Source: Azolla caroliniana
Lineage: Eukaryota > Plantae > Polypodiophyta
NCBI GenBank assembly: GCA_043228905.1
Contig: JBHGNT010000022.1
Location: 2,790,001-2,854,000 of the forward strand
Length of the DNA stretch: 64,000 nt
Direction: 5' to 3'
A program made the translations under genes and the position numbers. Below the pieces are notes generated by a model, which was not told the DNA's origin, searched no databases, and saw only the letters and a program-made list of their open reading frames with translations. This document shows positions 40,254 to 50,109 of the stretch, one piece after another (the stretch's first letter is position 1; each line of letters opens with the position of its first letter).

Positions 40254-43200
40254 TTACTCTTCGCCTGCCGGCCCTTCCTCGGCCTCGGATCGGTCGTCGC
40301 TGCTATCCAGGAGAATCGGGTCAGGTTCGTCGTCGTGCCGCTTCTTGAAAGCTTTGATCCTCTTCCCGGCCACGGGTATCGCTATTCTCGTTCCGTCGAG
40401 TTCCGCCAGATGATACGTCCCGTTGTCGTTGGCGCTCTGTACCGTGTACGGCCCGAACCATCTCCGTGCGAACTTCCGCGTTGCTCGGTGCTGGTTGTCG
40501 AGGCTGCTGTCGTAGACGAGCACCCAGTCACCTTCGTCGATTTTCTTCGGTCGTAGCCGGTGCGTTCGGTCGAACCGGGCTTTGTTCTTTGTCCTCGCCA
40601 CCCGGAGCTTCTCCGTAGCCAGTGCCACGTCCTCCGGTCTCCGCTCGAGCTGTCGTATACGTGCGGCCAACAACTCCTCCCGGCTCATCTCGTCCCTCCA
40701 GTCGACCGTTGCCCACGAGGAGATCGTCCGTTCAATCGGCATGATCGGCTTCTGGCCGAACATGAGCTCCGTCGGCATGTACCCGGTTACCGAACTGTGC
40801 GTGGTCCGGTCTGCCCACAAAGCATAAGGTAGCAACCGCGGCCAGTTACCGACTCGGCCCCCGCATGCCCGAATCAACGCCTTGACGATCGGTCCGTGTC
40901 CGCGCTCCACCTTGCCATTCGCCTCCGGATTGTACGCAGTGGTGAGCGAGAGCTTGACTCCAAGCCGGTCGAACAGCTCCGCGGCCTCTTCGGCGTCCAA
41001 CTCCCCTCGGTCAGCCACGATCTTCCCGACGCACCCGTACCGGCATATCACGTCCTCGACTAGGAACCGACACACGGCCGCGGTCGTCTTGTTCTGAAGG
41101 GCTCGGCCTTCCACCTGGTTCGTCAGGTCTTCCCGCGCTAGGACCAGATACCGCATCTGTCCTACCCCCATCGGCATCGTCACCAGATCTACCATCCATT
41201 TGAAGTGGATAGTCGGAGGGTACGTAGGGTGAAGCCCGTCCCGGTGTCGGACTATCGAGTGCATCTGACAACTCTCGCAAGTTGACACGAACCGATGCAC
41301 GTCCCGGTACAATCCCGGCCACCAGTACTTCCCCTTCAGCTTCTCAAACGTCGCCCACGTTCCACGGTGTCCAGCCCAAGGGCTGTCGTGGTAGGCCGCC
41401 AGTAGCTCCTCCTGTTCTTCCTTCATCGCCACCACCCGGAGCGGGACGCCGTTCCTCTTCTTCGGGTGCTTCCACAAATGCCCATCTCGGAGAAGGAATC
41501 GATATGCTTTCTTCCGGATCCGGTTGGCCTCGTCCTTCGTCCATGACGCATCGGGCGTCATTGTCTTCAAAAACCCGCCGATCTGCAGCCACTCCCCGTC
41601 GTACTTGCTCGCGTCGAACTCGTTAAGCGCCGGAGTGCTCATCCCGTCGGTCGTTATGTATGCCGCCTCGAAGAAATCCACGCCGACTTCTTCGTCTTCC
41701 GAAACCATGCCGCCCTCGTCGTCGAACCTCGCCCTCGAAAGCATGTCGGCCATGGCGTTGTCTTTCCCGGAAATGTGTCGTATTTCCGGGTCCAGGGACT
41801 TGATGTACGCTACCCACCTGAGCATCGCCAGGTCCGGAGTCGCGCATCCGGAAACCATACCGAGAATCGGCAGGCAATCCGTCTCGATGATCACTTCCGT
41901 CCCTATCAGGTAGTCTTTGTCGGCCTTAACCGCCGAAACAATACCCCAGAGTTCGCGTTTAACCTGGGCGTATCCTCGCTGCCGTTCACTGAGGACTTTC
42001 GCGCCGAATCGGATCGGAAACCGATTGCCGTCCTCGTCTTCCTGGTTCACGACCCATCCGATCCCGGTCGGACTGGTATCCACCGTTATGAATACCGGGG
42101 TACCCTTCCCGTATACCGCCTTCCGGAGTGCCGGTGCCGCTGCAAGGGCCTCTTTCAGCTTCCGGACCGATTCCGCGTGCTCGTCTAGCCATTCGAACCT
42201 TCGCCCCTTTTTCAGCAACCCGTACAGTGGCTCCGCGACGTGTGCGTAATGCGGGATCCATATGTGATAGAACGCGCATGCCCCCAGGAATCTCCGTACT
42301 TCCGTGACCGAGCTGCAGTCGGGCTTCATCGCGGAGATGGCTTCTACCTTTGCCGGAGACGGTTTCCGGCCATATGGTCCGCACAGGTGTCCGACCACCA
42401 TGATTTCTGACTGCCCGAAGGCCGACTTCTCCCCGGAGAAGGTGAGTCTCGCATCCTCTAGCCTTTGCAGTACCTTCTCGCAGTCGTCGATGTGCGTCGC
42501 CACGAATCGCCGGCATCCGTCCGGCCCGATCGTCTCGTCCTTTTCTTCCACCGGGCATCCCTTGATCGGGATGTCGTCCAGAAATGGCATGGTGATGTCC
42601 GGGATGCAGTCCCTCAGAACCTTGTTCATCGCATTCACCATGTGGGCCACCGAGTTGGTCCCTCCTTGCGGCAGTGTACACATCCGAACTAGGCCGAGGG
42701 GAGTTCGCATCGTCGTAATGTCTCTGCTCTCCACGGCAAGCTGGAACTGGTCGTACCCTGAGTATAGATCCCCGACCGAGTAAATTGACCTTCCGGCGAA
42801 GGCCTCCGCGAACTCGTCTATGGTCGGCCCGATCCCTGCGTTCCGAATGGTCACTCGATTGACCGGCTGCAGGTCCTGGATGAAGCGCAACGAACCGTTT
42901 TTCTTCGGTACGGTAAACCATCGATTCGAATATGGGGCGCTCGACGGCTCGAGAATTCCCATATCAACTTTCTGCCTCAGCAACTCCATCAACTTCGGGA
43001 TGTGAGCTCTCGGAACCGGGATTGGCTTGAGATTCCATGGTACATGCGGTACCGTGAAAATCACCATCGGCTCCACGATCGTCGGGTCAACGCACCCGAT
43101 TTCCTCCGGCGAGAATGCGAAGGCTTTCCCGTGCCTTCCGAGCATTCTCCGAAACCGGTCTTCCTCCGCCGGCAGTAGGAACCCGCCCCCACCGATTTTG

Positions 43201-43745
43201 AGCTCTCGGAGCGTCTCGTCGGTGAAGGTGTGCCCTATGCAGGCCGGATCTCGTAGACTAGGGTCCGATGCAACCCCTTTGATTCTCGACGCGCTGTCCT
43301 CCGGTAAGGGTGCCGCGACTGGCCTTACCTTCCGGTCCACAGTCTTGTACTTGGTGCTTACGTGGGCCGTCCGAACTGACCCGAGCCCTCGACCGAAGTC
43401 CGCGATGACTTCGTACATCTCCTCGGAACACACCGGTATCGTCCGGTCTTCGTTAAGGCCTTCTTCGACTACCTTTCCCAGCATTCCCAAGGTGTCGTCG
43501 AATGAGACCGCCTCCACGGCTCCGTTGATTTCCTCGTCAGGGCCGAGAACTCCGCACGCTCGAAGTCTCCCCTCCGCCTTTGTCTTCTCTCGGCCGCCGA
43601 TGCCGACTATCGTACACGCTCCGCTGTCGGAGAACAAAGATTCCCTACCTATGGTACAAGGTTTCTTCGGTTTTATCGTACAGGTGTGGGGTTTTCCCGG
43701 GGTGTCCGGACTGTCGCGGCCCCACGCCTTGGCAGCCCTCTCTAA
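40254..43745 (-). CDS. pol: Pol (RT-RNaseH-integrase) of element F, in the -1 frame relative to gag-PR
   Basis: LRFIQDLQPVN, DLYSGYDQF, LPQG, PFLDD, ITVDTS, H..PWAGH..CESC, VADRG, NGKVERGH and WFGPY. The frame is open from the slippery site at 43745. Confidence 0.93.
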   Translation of the reverse strand, partial: LERAAKAWGRDSPDTPGKPHTCTIKPKKPCTIGRESLFSDSGACTIVGIGGREKTKAEGRLRACGVLGPDEEINGAVEAVSFDDTLGMLGKVVEEGLNEDRTIPVCSEEMYEVIADFGRGLGSVRTAHVSTKYKTVDRKVRPVAAPLPEDSASRIKGVASDPSLRDPACIGHTFTDETLRELKIGGGGFLLPAEEDRFRRMLGRHGKAFAFSPEEIGCVDPTIVEPMVIFTVPHVPWNLKPIPVPRAHIPKLMELLRQKVDMGILEPSSAPYSNRWFTVPKKNGSLRFIQDLQPVNRVTIRNAGIGPTIDEFAEAFAGRSIYSVGDLYSGYDQFQLAVESRDITTMRTPLGLVRMCTLPQGGTNSVAHMVNAMNKVLRDCIPDITMPFLDDIPIKGCPVEEKDETIGPDGCRRFVATHIDDCEKVLQRLEDARLTFSGEKSAFGQSEIMVVGHLCGPYGRKPSPAKVEAISAMKPDCSSVTEVRRFLGACAFYHIWIPHYAHVAEPLYGLLKKGRRFEWLDEHAESVRKLKEALAAAPALRKAVYGKGTPVFITVDTSPTGIGWVVNQEDEDGNRFPIRFGAKVLSERQRGYAQVKRELWGIVSAVKADKDYLIGTEVIIETDCLPILGMVSGCATPDLAMLRWVAYIKSLDPEIRHISGKDNAMADMLSRARFDDEGGMVSEDEEVGVDFFEAAYITTDGMSTPALNEFDASKYDGEWLQIGGFLKTMTPDASWTKDEANRIRKKAYRFLLRDGHLWKHPKKRNGVPLRVVAMKEEQEELLAAYHDSPWAGHRGTWATFEKLKGKYWWPGLYRDVHRFVSTCESCQMHSIVRHRDGLHPTYPPTIHFKWMVDLVTMPMGVGQMRYLVLAREDLTNQVEGRALQNKTTAAVCRFLVEDVICRYGCVGKIVADRGELDAEEAAELFDRLGVKLSLTTAYNPEANGKVERGHGPIVKALIRACGGRVGNWPRLLPYALWADRTTHSSVTGYMPTELMFGQKPIMPIERTISSWATVDWRDEMSREELLAARIRQLERRPEDVALATEKLRVARTKNKARFDRTHRLRPKKIDEGDWVLVYDSSLDNQHRATRKFARRWFGPYTVQSANDNGTYHLAELDGTRIAIPVAGKRIKAFKKRHDDEPDPILLDSSDDRSEAEEGPAGEE

Positions 43746-45868
43746 AAATCCTCTCGGTTATCGGAACCGAGGGAGTCGCGGTTACGCTCGTGGTTCGGCC
43801 TAACCGTCAAAAACTGGACCGAATGGCGCCCGTCCTGGCTCTTGACCCGCGCATAGGCCGAACCGTTGTCCAGCACCTTGGTCTCCATTCGAGCCGCCGT
43901 GATGTACGGCTCTCCCAGTATGACGGGGTGCGATGACGACTCCTGCACGAAGAAGTGCTGGTCTATCTCGACATCGCCGATCTTGACCCGTACATTCGGG
44001 CAGGCCCCGTGAAGTTCCTCGGTGGCGCGCGTCGCCGCCCTTATCTTCCACCCGTGCTTGGTGTTGATCGGCCATTTGCCCTTCTTATAGAAGTCCATGG
44101 ACATCAGGTTGATTTCCGATCCGTGGTCCACCAAAGCTACTACCGGTTCCTGGACATCGCCGATCTTTACCGGGGTTTCCGTGGTCGCTCGGGCCCAGTG
44201 TGGCCGCGAATAGTGGCTCTCCGCCCACTCGTCTTTCAGCGCCATGTCGTCCAGGTGCGTCGTCCGCACCTCTACCGGTCTTTCCGGTTCTGTCTCCGTT
44301 GACAGCCTCTTCCGTTTCACCAAGTCCACGATGGAGTCGTGGAACTCCTTCTTGGCGATTCCCAGCACCTCCCGTAGCGACAACTCCACCTTGCTGTCGA
44401 GGATCCGTTCCTCCAGGACCTTTCGTAAGTCCGTGGTTCTTTCTATCTCCGTCCCCAGACGGTACCCGCCCTTCTGGGGTTTATCTTGCGTACCGGCCCC
44501 GCCGGCTTCGTCCCGTCGTGGCCCGGACCGGGTCTCGTATCGTTGTGAGGGCCCGGTCGTCCCGGGTTTCCCCACCCGCTTCTCTTCTACCAGAGCCTCG
44601 TAGTTCCGGCAAGCGGCTTCCACGAAGCCCGTCTTTTCCTCGACCGGGTCGCTCCACCCGGTCATCTCCCGTACCCGTTTCTCCGCACGGTCCGATTCCT
44701 CCCTTTTAAGCCCTGCACCGGCAAGGCCTCCCAGCATCGTCGGCCAGAATCCGGCTTTGCTTTCCTTTCGGGCCTCGCCGCCCCCGACTCGAATACCGGC
44801 CGACGCCGAGTAGTGGACGGTTTCCGCATGTCGGGCCGCCGCCTCTTCCATCAACCTCTTCATTCCGCCTCGCCCGTCGTTTCGGTTTAGGGCCCTTCTC
44901 GTGTCGTTGGCGTGAACCCGGCCTTCCCATAGGTACACCACCCGGTTCCTCAGCGCCTCTGCGAAATCGCCGCAGTCTTTTCGGATGTGGCCGACCCCGT
45001 CGCACCACATGCACCTGTTCCCTGCCGCCGGCCGTCGGTCACGAGCAGGTCCTCCGTCTTCTCTGCGGGCCTGTGCGATTTGGAGGTCTTTTATCGCCCT
45101 CGTCAGTTCCTCCAACGCAGCTCCTCCAGTCGAGCCTCTGATCACGCCGGTCGGAGCTGAACCGGATTCCAGCCACTCCCGAGTCTCTTCCCTTCGCACC
45201 TGTGGCGCTGGTTCGAGCTTCCTTGCTGCGACCGAGCCCGACCCGGTCGCCCCGTTATCCGCCCATTCTCGCCGTTTGTCGAAACGGCCACAGACCTTCC
45301 TGACAGCCGCCCAGTCGGTAGTGAGCCCGTCTTCGGTTTCCAGCAAGAGGCCCACTTGCTCCCGATCCCGCTCGTCGACCGACTTGACAAACAGCAAGAC
45401 CCGGCTCGTGTCCAGGATGGTTCGGTCGAGCGCCGAAAGGCGCGCAAAGTTTTCCTCGAACTCCCGGAGGAGTGCCGACGCGTTTCTTCCCTTCCCCGGG
45501 GACTCCACCCATTCCATGAACCTTCGCTTCGAAAGCCGGAGCGCGTCGTCCAGCCCGTATTTCTCTAGGAGCCGACCTTCGAACTCCTCCCAGGTACGGC
45601 TCTCCGCCCGCACCTCGAGCACCTCCGCATGGATGCTCGGCATTGCCACTCGGGGAAAACCGGCAAGACGCCTTTCTTCCGGAATGTCCCGCATCAACAT
45701 TTCTGCACCGTAGGACGCCAGATACTTCGTGGCATCCCTCCCATCGAACCGGCCGATCGTGCCGACGACCGCCTCAATAGCTCTGTCGAGGGCACCGGTA
45801 CCCTCGCGCGCGTTTACGATCCGATCCACGGCCGAAGCCATGGCCTCTGCGAGATCCGACCCCCTCAT
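43742..45868 (-). CDS. gag: Gag-protease polyprotein of element F (first ATG at 45868)
   Basis: Zinc knuckle CMWCDGVGHIRKDC. Aspartic protease ALVDHGSEINL...VILGEPY in the same frame. Ends EDF-stop. Confidence 0.9.
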   Translation of the reverse strand: MRGSDLAEAMASAVDRIVNAREGTGALDRAIEAVVGTIGRFDGRDATKYLASYGAEMLMRDIPEERRLAGFPRVAMPSIHAEVLEVRAESRTWEEFEGRLLEKYGLDDALRLSKRRFMEWVESPGKGRNASALLREFEENFARLSALDRTILDTSRVLLFVKSVDERDREQVGLLLETEDGLTTDWAAVRKVCGRFDKRREWADNGATGSGSVAARKLEPAPQVRREETREWLESGSAPTGVIRGSTGGAALEELTRAIKDLQIAQARREDGGPARDRRPAAGNRCMWCDGVGHIRKDCGDFAEALRNRVVYLWEGRVHANDTRRALNRNDGRGGMKRLMEEAAARHAETVHYSASAGIRVGGGEARKESKAGFWPTMLGGLAGAGLKREESDRAEKRVREMTGWSDPVEEKTGFVEAACRNYEALVEEKRVGKPGTTGPSQRYETRSGPRRDEAGGAGTQDKPQKGGYRLGTEIERTTDLRKVLEERILDSKVELSLREVLGIAKKEFHDSIVDLVKRKRLSTETEPERPVEVRTTHLDDMALKDEWAESHYSRPHWARATTETPVKIGDVQEPVVALVDHGSEINLMSMDFYKKGKWPINTKHGWKIRAATRATEELHGACPNVRVKIGDVEIDQHFFVQESSSHPVILGEPYITAARMETKVLDNGSAYARVKSQDGRHSVQFLTVRPNHERNRDSLGSDNREDF

Positions 45869-45890
45869 CTTCTGCTCTTCTGCCGCCTCT

Positions 45891-45908
45891 TTCACGTCGG
45901 GTTCACCA
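45891..45908 (-). promoter_or_regulatory. Primer-binding site complementary to the 3' end of tRNA-Trp
   Basis: TGGTGAACCCGACGTGAA lies 3 nt inside the 5' LTR. It is complementary to ...TTCACGTCGGGTTCACCA, the plant cytosolic tRNA-Trp 3' end as I recall it. Confidence 0.85.
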
Positions 45909-46786
45909 AGATGTCGGGGTTGCTACGCCCTTGCGTGTAGAAAGGAGGAGGGACCACGGGGGTCTTGAACCGAAGAACAAGAGAGAGAGAGATAAGAGAG
46001 AGAGACCCCGATTACACAGAACCGAAGTTCCGATTGCGCAGAACCGACGATTACACAGGGACACGGCCCAACAAACAGAGAACACAAATAAACGCCGACG
46101 CAGATGGACGCAACAACGAAAGATATGTACTTATGAATGCAAGAAAATAACAGACTAAAGTACTACAACCCTCAGTGGGGCACGAAATAGATACTAACGA
46201 AAACGAACAGGGCGGCGAACAGATGCCGACCCCTGTATGTCGCGACGCACAGAAAGGGGAAACAGGTCGGAGGTGCTGCAGGACGCACTCGGGCGTTCCA
46301 CGGAACAGCGCAAGCCTCCTCGAAACCTGCACAGGTACGCGATGGAGCAGAAGACAGAGAGAGCGGGAGAGAGAGAGAAGCTCCGAAATCGGTTCGGCAG
46401 CACTTCGTCCTCTCCGCGGGAGATGTCCGACTTCTATTCTTCCTCTTCCTTTTATAGCCCGTCAAGAGGCCGTTTGGCATTAACTGCATACCAACCGAAT
46501 CTGCCCACCTAGGATCCTCGTATGTACCTACTTCGTCCTTAGGTACTTCTTGGCGCGCGTGTGTGTGTAGAGCCGTTTCCCACGCCTTGTTCCTCCGATT
46601 CCTCTTGTGGGCGGTTTTCTTCACGACAACGCGCTCTATCTTGAGCTGTTTTTATATTATCTCGTGTAATATGCAACATATCTTGCATATCCTGAAGAAA
46701 GTTTTGCGTACTTCGCAACTCATCATGATGTATATTAACATCAATCGGGGCTCGTGGCTGAAAACCATACGTAAACATAAAAGGAC

Positions 46787-47237
46787 TCTAAAGAATTAGG
46801 TATGATTCTTGTGTAGCGGAAGAGATGTGTGTTATGTGTATGTGTGAGAGGAATTAGAGGAGAGATGAGAGAACACAAGATAGGTAGAAAAAGGAATACT
46901 CAAGAAGAAGGTGTATATTTCACAAGTAGAATAAGAATTACAAAATGTAGTATAATAAGGAGTCACAACTGACTTAGTATGAAGTATGAGGAGGGTGCTT
47001 TATATAGAGTCACCCTCTCTCTTCATTAACTTACAACAACCACTCTCTCTCTTGGGGAATGTGAAGACTCATAGTGATGGGGAATATGTAACTCATTAGT
47101 TATGTGTCATAGAATATGATTCTATGACACATAGTTAATGTGTAGAGAGTAGTGGTGTGATTCTTGACCTTTGCGTAATCATAGATTCTCAAAAGGTGTG
47201 TTCACATGCTGTGCTATGTTGAGCTTGATTCTCAACA
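46787..47237 (-). mobile_element. Solo LTR G (451 bp), TSD AGGAC, inside the E integrase; termini related to the LTR of copia I
   Basis: AGGAC at 46782-46786 and 47238-47242. The minus strand begins TGTTGAGAATCAA, as does 60105. Confidence 0.85.
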
Positions 47238-50109
47238 AGGACTATATCCCGTCGACGTATGCTTGGAGCTGTTATAAGCAAACTCCAAAATTGGGAGATA
47301 ACGTTCCCATTTTGTTGGTTTTGCACCAACATATGCTCGAAGCATGTCCTCAATAATTTGATTTACTCGTTCTGTCTGTCCATAGGATTGAGGATGATCC
47401 GTGGAGCTCATGCTCAACATAGTTTCTAACTTCTTAAAGACTTGCATCTAGACGTCGCTAGTAAACTTTGGATCTCGATCACTCACAATATCCATCGGTA
47501 ACCCATAAAAACGAAGTAACTTGTCAACGAATTGGTAACCCAATTCAGGAGTTGTTACTGTGGTTTTAGTAGCAATAAACCTGACCATTTTAGTTAGTCT
47601 ATCAACCACTACCTAGATGGCATCATGGCCTTTTTGGGTGCGAGGAAGGCTAACAATAAAATCTATGGATATACTTTCTCACTTATTATTGGGAATGTCC
47701 AAGGGATGTAAAAGTCCCGTGGCTTTAAGTCGCTCGTCGTTGTTAACCTGACATTGGTGACATTTAGTCACATAGCTATGTATTCAGGACGCATCTTAGG
47801 CCAATAGAATTGAGTGGAGATGAGAATGAGTGTACGATGTATTCCAGGGTGCCCTGTTGAGGGTGCATCATGGCATTAAAAAAGAATTCTCTTTTTGACC
47901 TCATGCAAATCTGGAACATAGACCTTCCCATTACGGTAGCGCAGACCGTTAGCAATGTGGAAGGATTCCTTCGAGGATGTGGTGGTGTCTGTTCCAAACT
48001 CAACTCTTGCCCATTATTTCACAAAATAAGTTCCATTAGGATACTTTCCTTGAAGGTGATCATAAAGATATGATGTTATTTCAATGAAGCTAAGCATGTT
48101 AACTTCACGTATGCGACTTAGTGCATCAACAACAATGTTCATGGAACCTTTACGATATCGTATGGAAAAATCAAAGTCCTAGATGAGATCAACCCATCGT
48201 GCCTTACGACCTTTCAGGTCTTGTTGATCACAAAAATATTTGAAGGTCTCGTGGTCCGTAGTTACCACAAAACTATTTCCATAAAGATAATGACGCCATG
48301 TTTTGAGCGCATGTATAACTGCAAATAATTGCTTTTCTTGAACGGTATACCGACATTGAGCAGAATCAACTTTCTTACTCTCGAATGCTGTTGGTTTACC
48401 ATCTTGATATAAGACAACACCTATAGCATAATTGCTTGCATCGGTTTCAACCTCAAAAGGTTTTGAAGGATCAGGTAAATTTCAACTCCTCGTTTGGTTA
48501 TGAGATGTCCAAGATAAGTAATTGATTTCTTGAAGAACTCGCATTTTGAGATCTTCGCGTAGAATTGCTTGTCACGCAATGTTTGTAAAACAACGCAGAC
48601 ATGTTTAACATGTTCTTCTAATGTATGACTATAAAGTAAAATATCATCCACGAAAATAACGACAAATTTTGCAAGTTGTTCTTGGAAAATATCATTCATT
48701 TCTTGTTGAAATGTGGCCAGAGCATTGGTCTAACCAAAAGGCATAACCAAAAACTCATAATGGCCATAGCACGTACAAAATGCCATTTTAGGAACATCAT
48801 CCTCACTTATACGAATTTGATGGTAGCCTGTACGGAGATCAAGTTTCGTAAAATACCGAGCTCCCTAGAGACGGTCAATTAGATTGTCAGCCTGAGGCAA
48901 TGGATATGAATTCTTAATCTTCACTTTATTCAAGCGTCAGTAATTAATACACATACACCATATGCCCTCTTTCTTTTTTACCAAGAGAACATGTGCACCC
49001 CATGCAGATTTACTATAATGTATATAACCCATTCATAAATAGTCCTTGAGTTGCTTAGATACCTCATCCTCTTCGGATCGACTTAAGCGATAAGGAGGTA
49101 TACTTATTGGTGCAACGCAAGGTACAATATCTATACGATGGTCTATATTACGTTTAGGAGGTACCCATGTGGTAGTTCACTTAGAAAAAAATCATGAAAA
49201 TCATTTAAGATTTTATTGAGTTGTTGTTCAAAATATGTCAATTGACCCGAGACGTTATCAATATTATAAATGTAAATGTTCGGATCAAGTACACAATAAA
49301 ATAAAGAAGAACAAGACAACTCAGATATTGATGGAGAGGAAACAATCGAAAGGGATTGTTTATTTACACATTGAATAAAATGAGTACAATCGTTTAGTAC
49401 AAAGGAAATGGAATGACAAACCCAATCAATAGACAAAGAAGAGTTTTTATTATAAAACCAGGGATAACCTAGTATTACATCAGTGTCACGTTGTAAAGTA
49501 ATGACACGTGCCTCGAGAGCACTTTGAGATTGCCGAAGTTCGGACATTTGATGAGTGGTTTAACTAAGGAAATTTTGTATTTGTAAGAAATACGACTCAA
49601 TGGAGATTGCTCCAAGAGGATCTCCTTGAGTTCCTTCCCCTTGAGCGGATGACATCGGGTCATTATTCTGAGCCATTGAACGATTATTTCTGGCAAAGAA
49701 ATAGGATAAGGTCAGACAAATAGTCATAACATCAAGTCGTGATGTAAACATATCATGGGCCAACATTAATCAATATCATGATCTCATGTCAATACCCCTC
49801 TAGACGTATGAGATGAGGTTCAAGATCAGGTTATTATGGTAATACAAAGGTGTTTTAAAAACCATGGGGGTGACAAATGAATGTCTTTCCCTGATCTCTA
49901 TATCGATTTTTTTCATGGCGGCTCCCCGAGGTTCAACCATGTATGTTCGCGTCATGAATAGTTTATACACGAAAAAAATGTTAATAATAAACTATGTTTC
50001 TGTGCTCACGTATGTGGTTTCGACTCTTTAAGTCCTATTACGAGGACCCCGAAGTGCACTTAGACCTAAAGTCTAAACATGTATTATAGTCATATGTATC
50101 AACAATGTT

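Larger units (their letters stand above)
39465..46628 (-). mobile_element. Intact, very young Ty3/gypsy element F (7164 bp): 717-bp LTRs 39465-40181 and 45912-46628, 4-bp TSD ACGC, tRNA-Trp PBS; probably Phygy/Selgy-like non-chromovirus
   Basis: No LTR difference seen, and the ORF-track peptides from both LTRs are identical. ACGC at 39461-39464 and 46629-46632. PPT 40182-40198. Both ORFs are uninterrupted. No chromodomain. Confidence 0.96.

Noticed and set aside
40254-45940. Many long antisense and alternate-frame ORFs over element F
   Set aside because: Expected shadow ORFs of GC-rich coding sequence; no recognisable domains.
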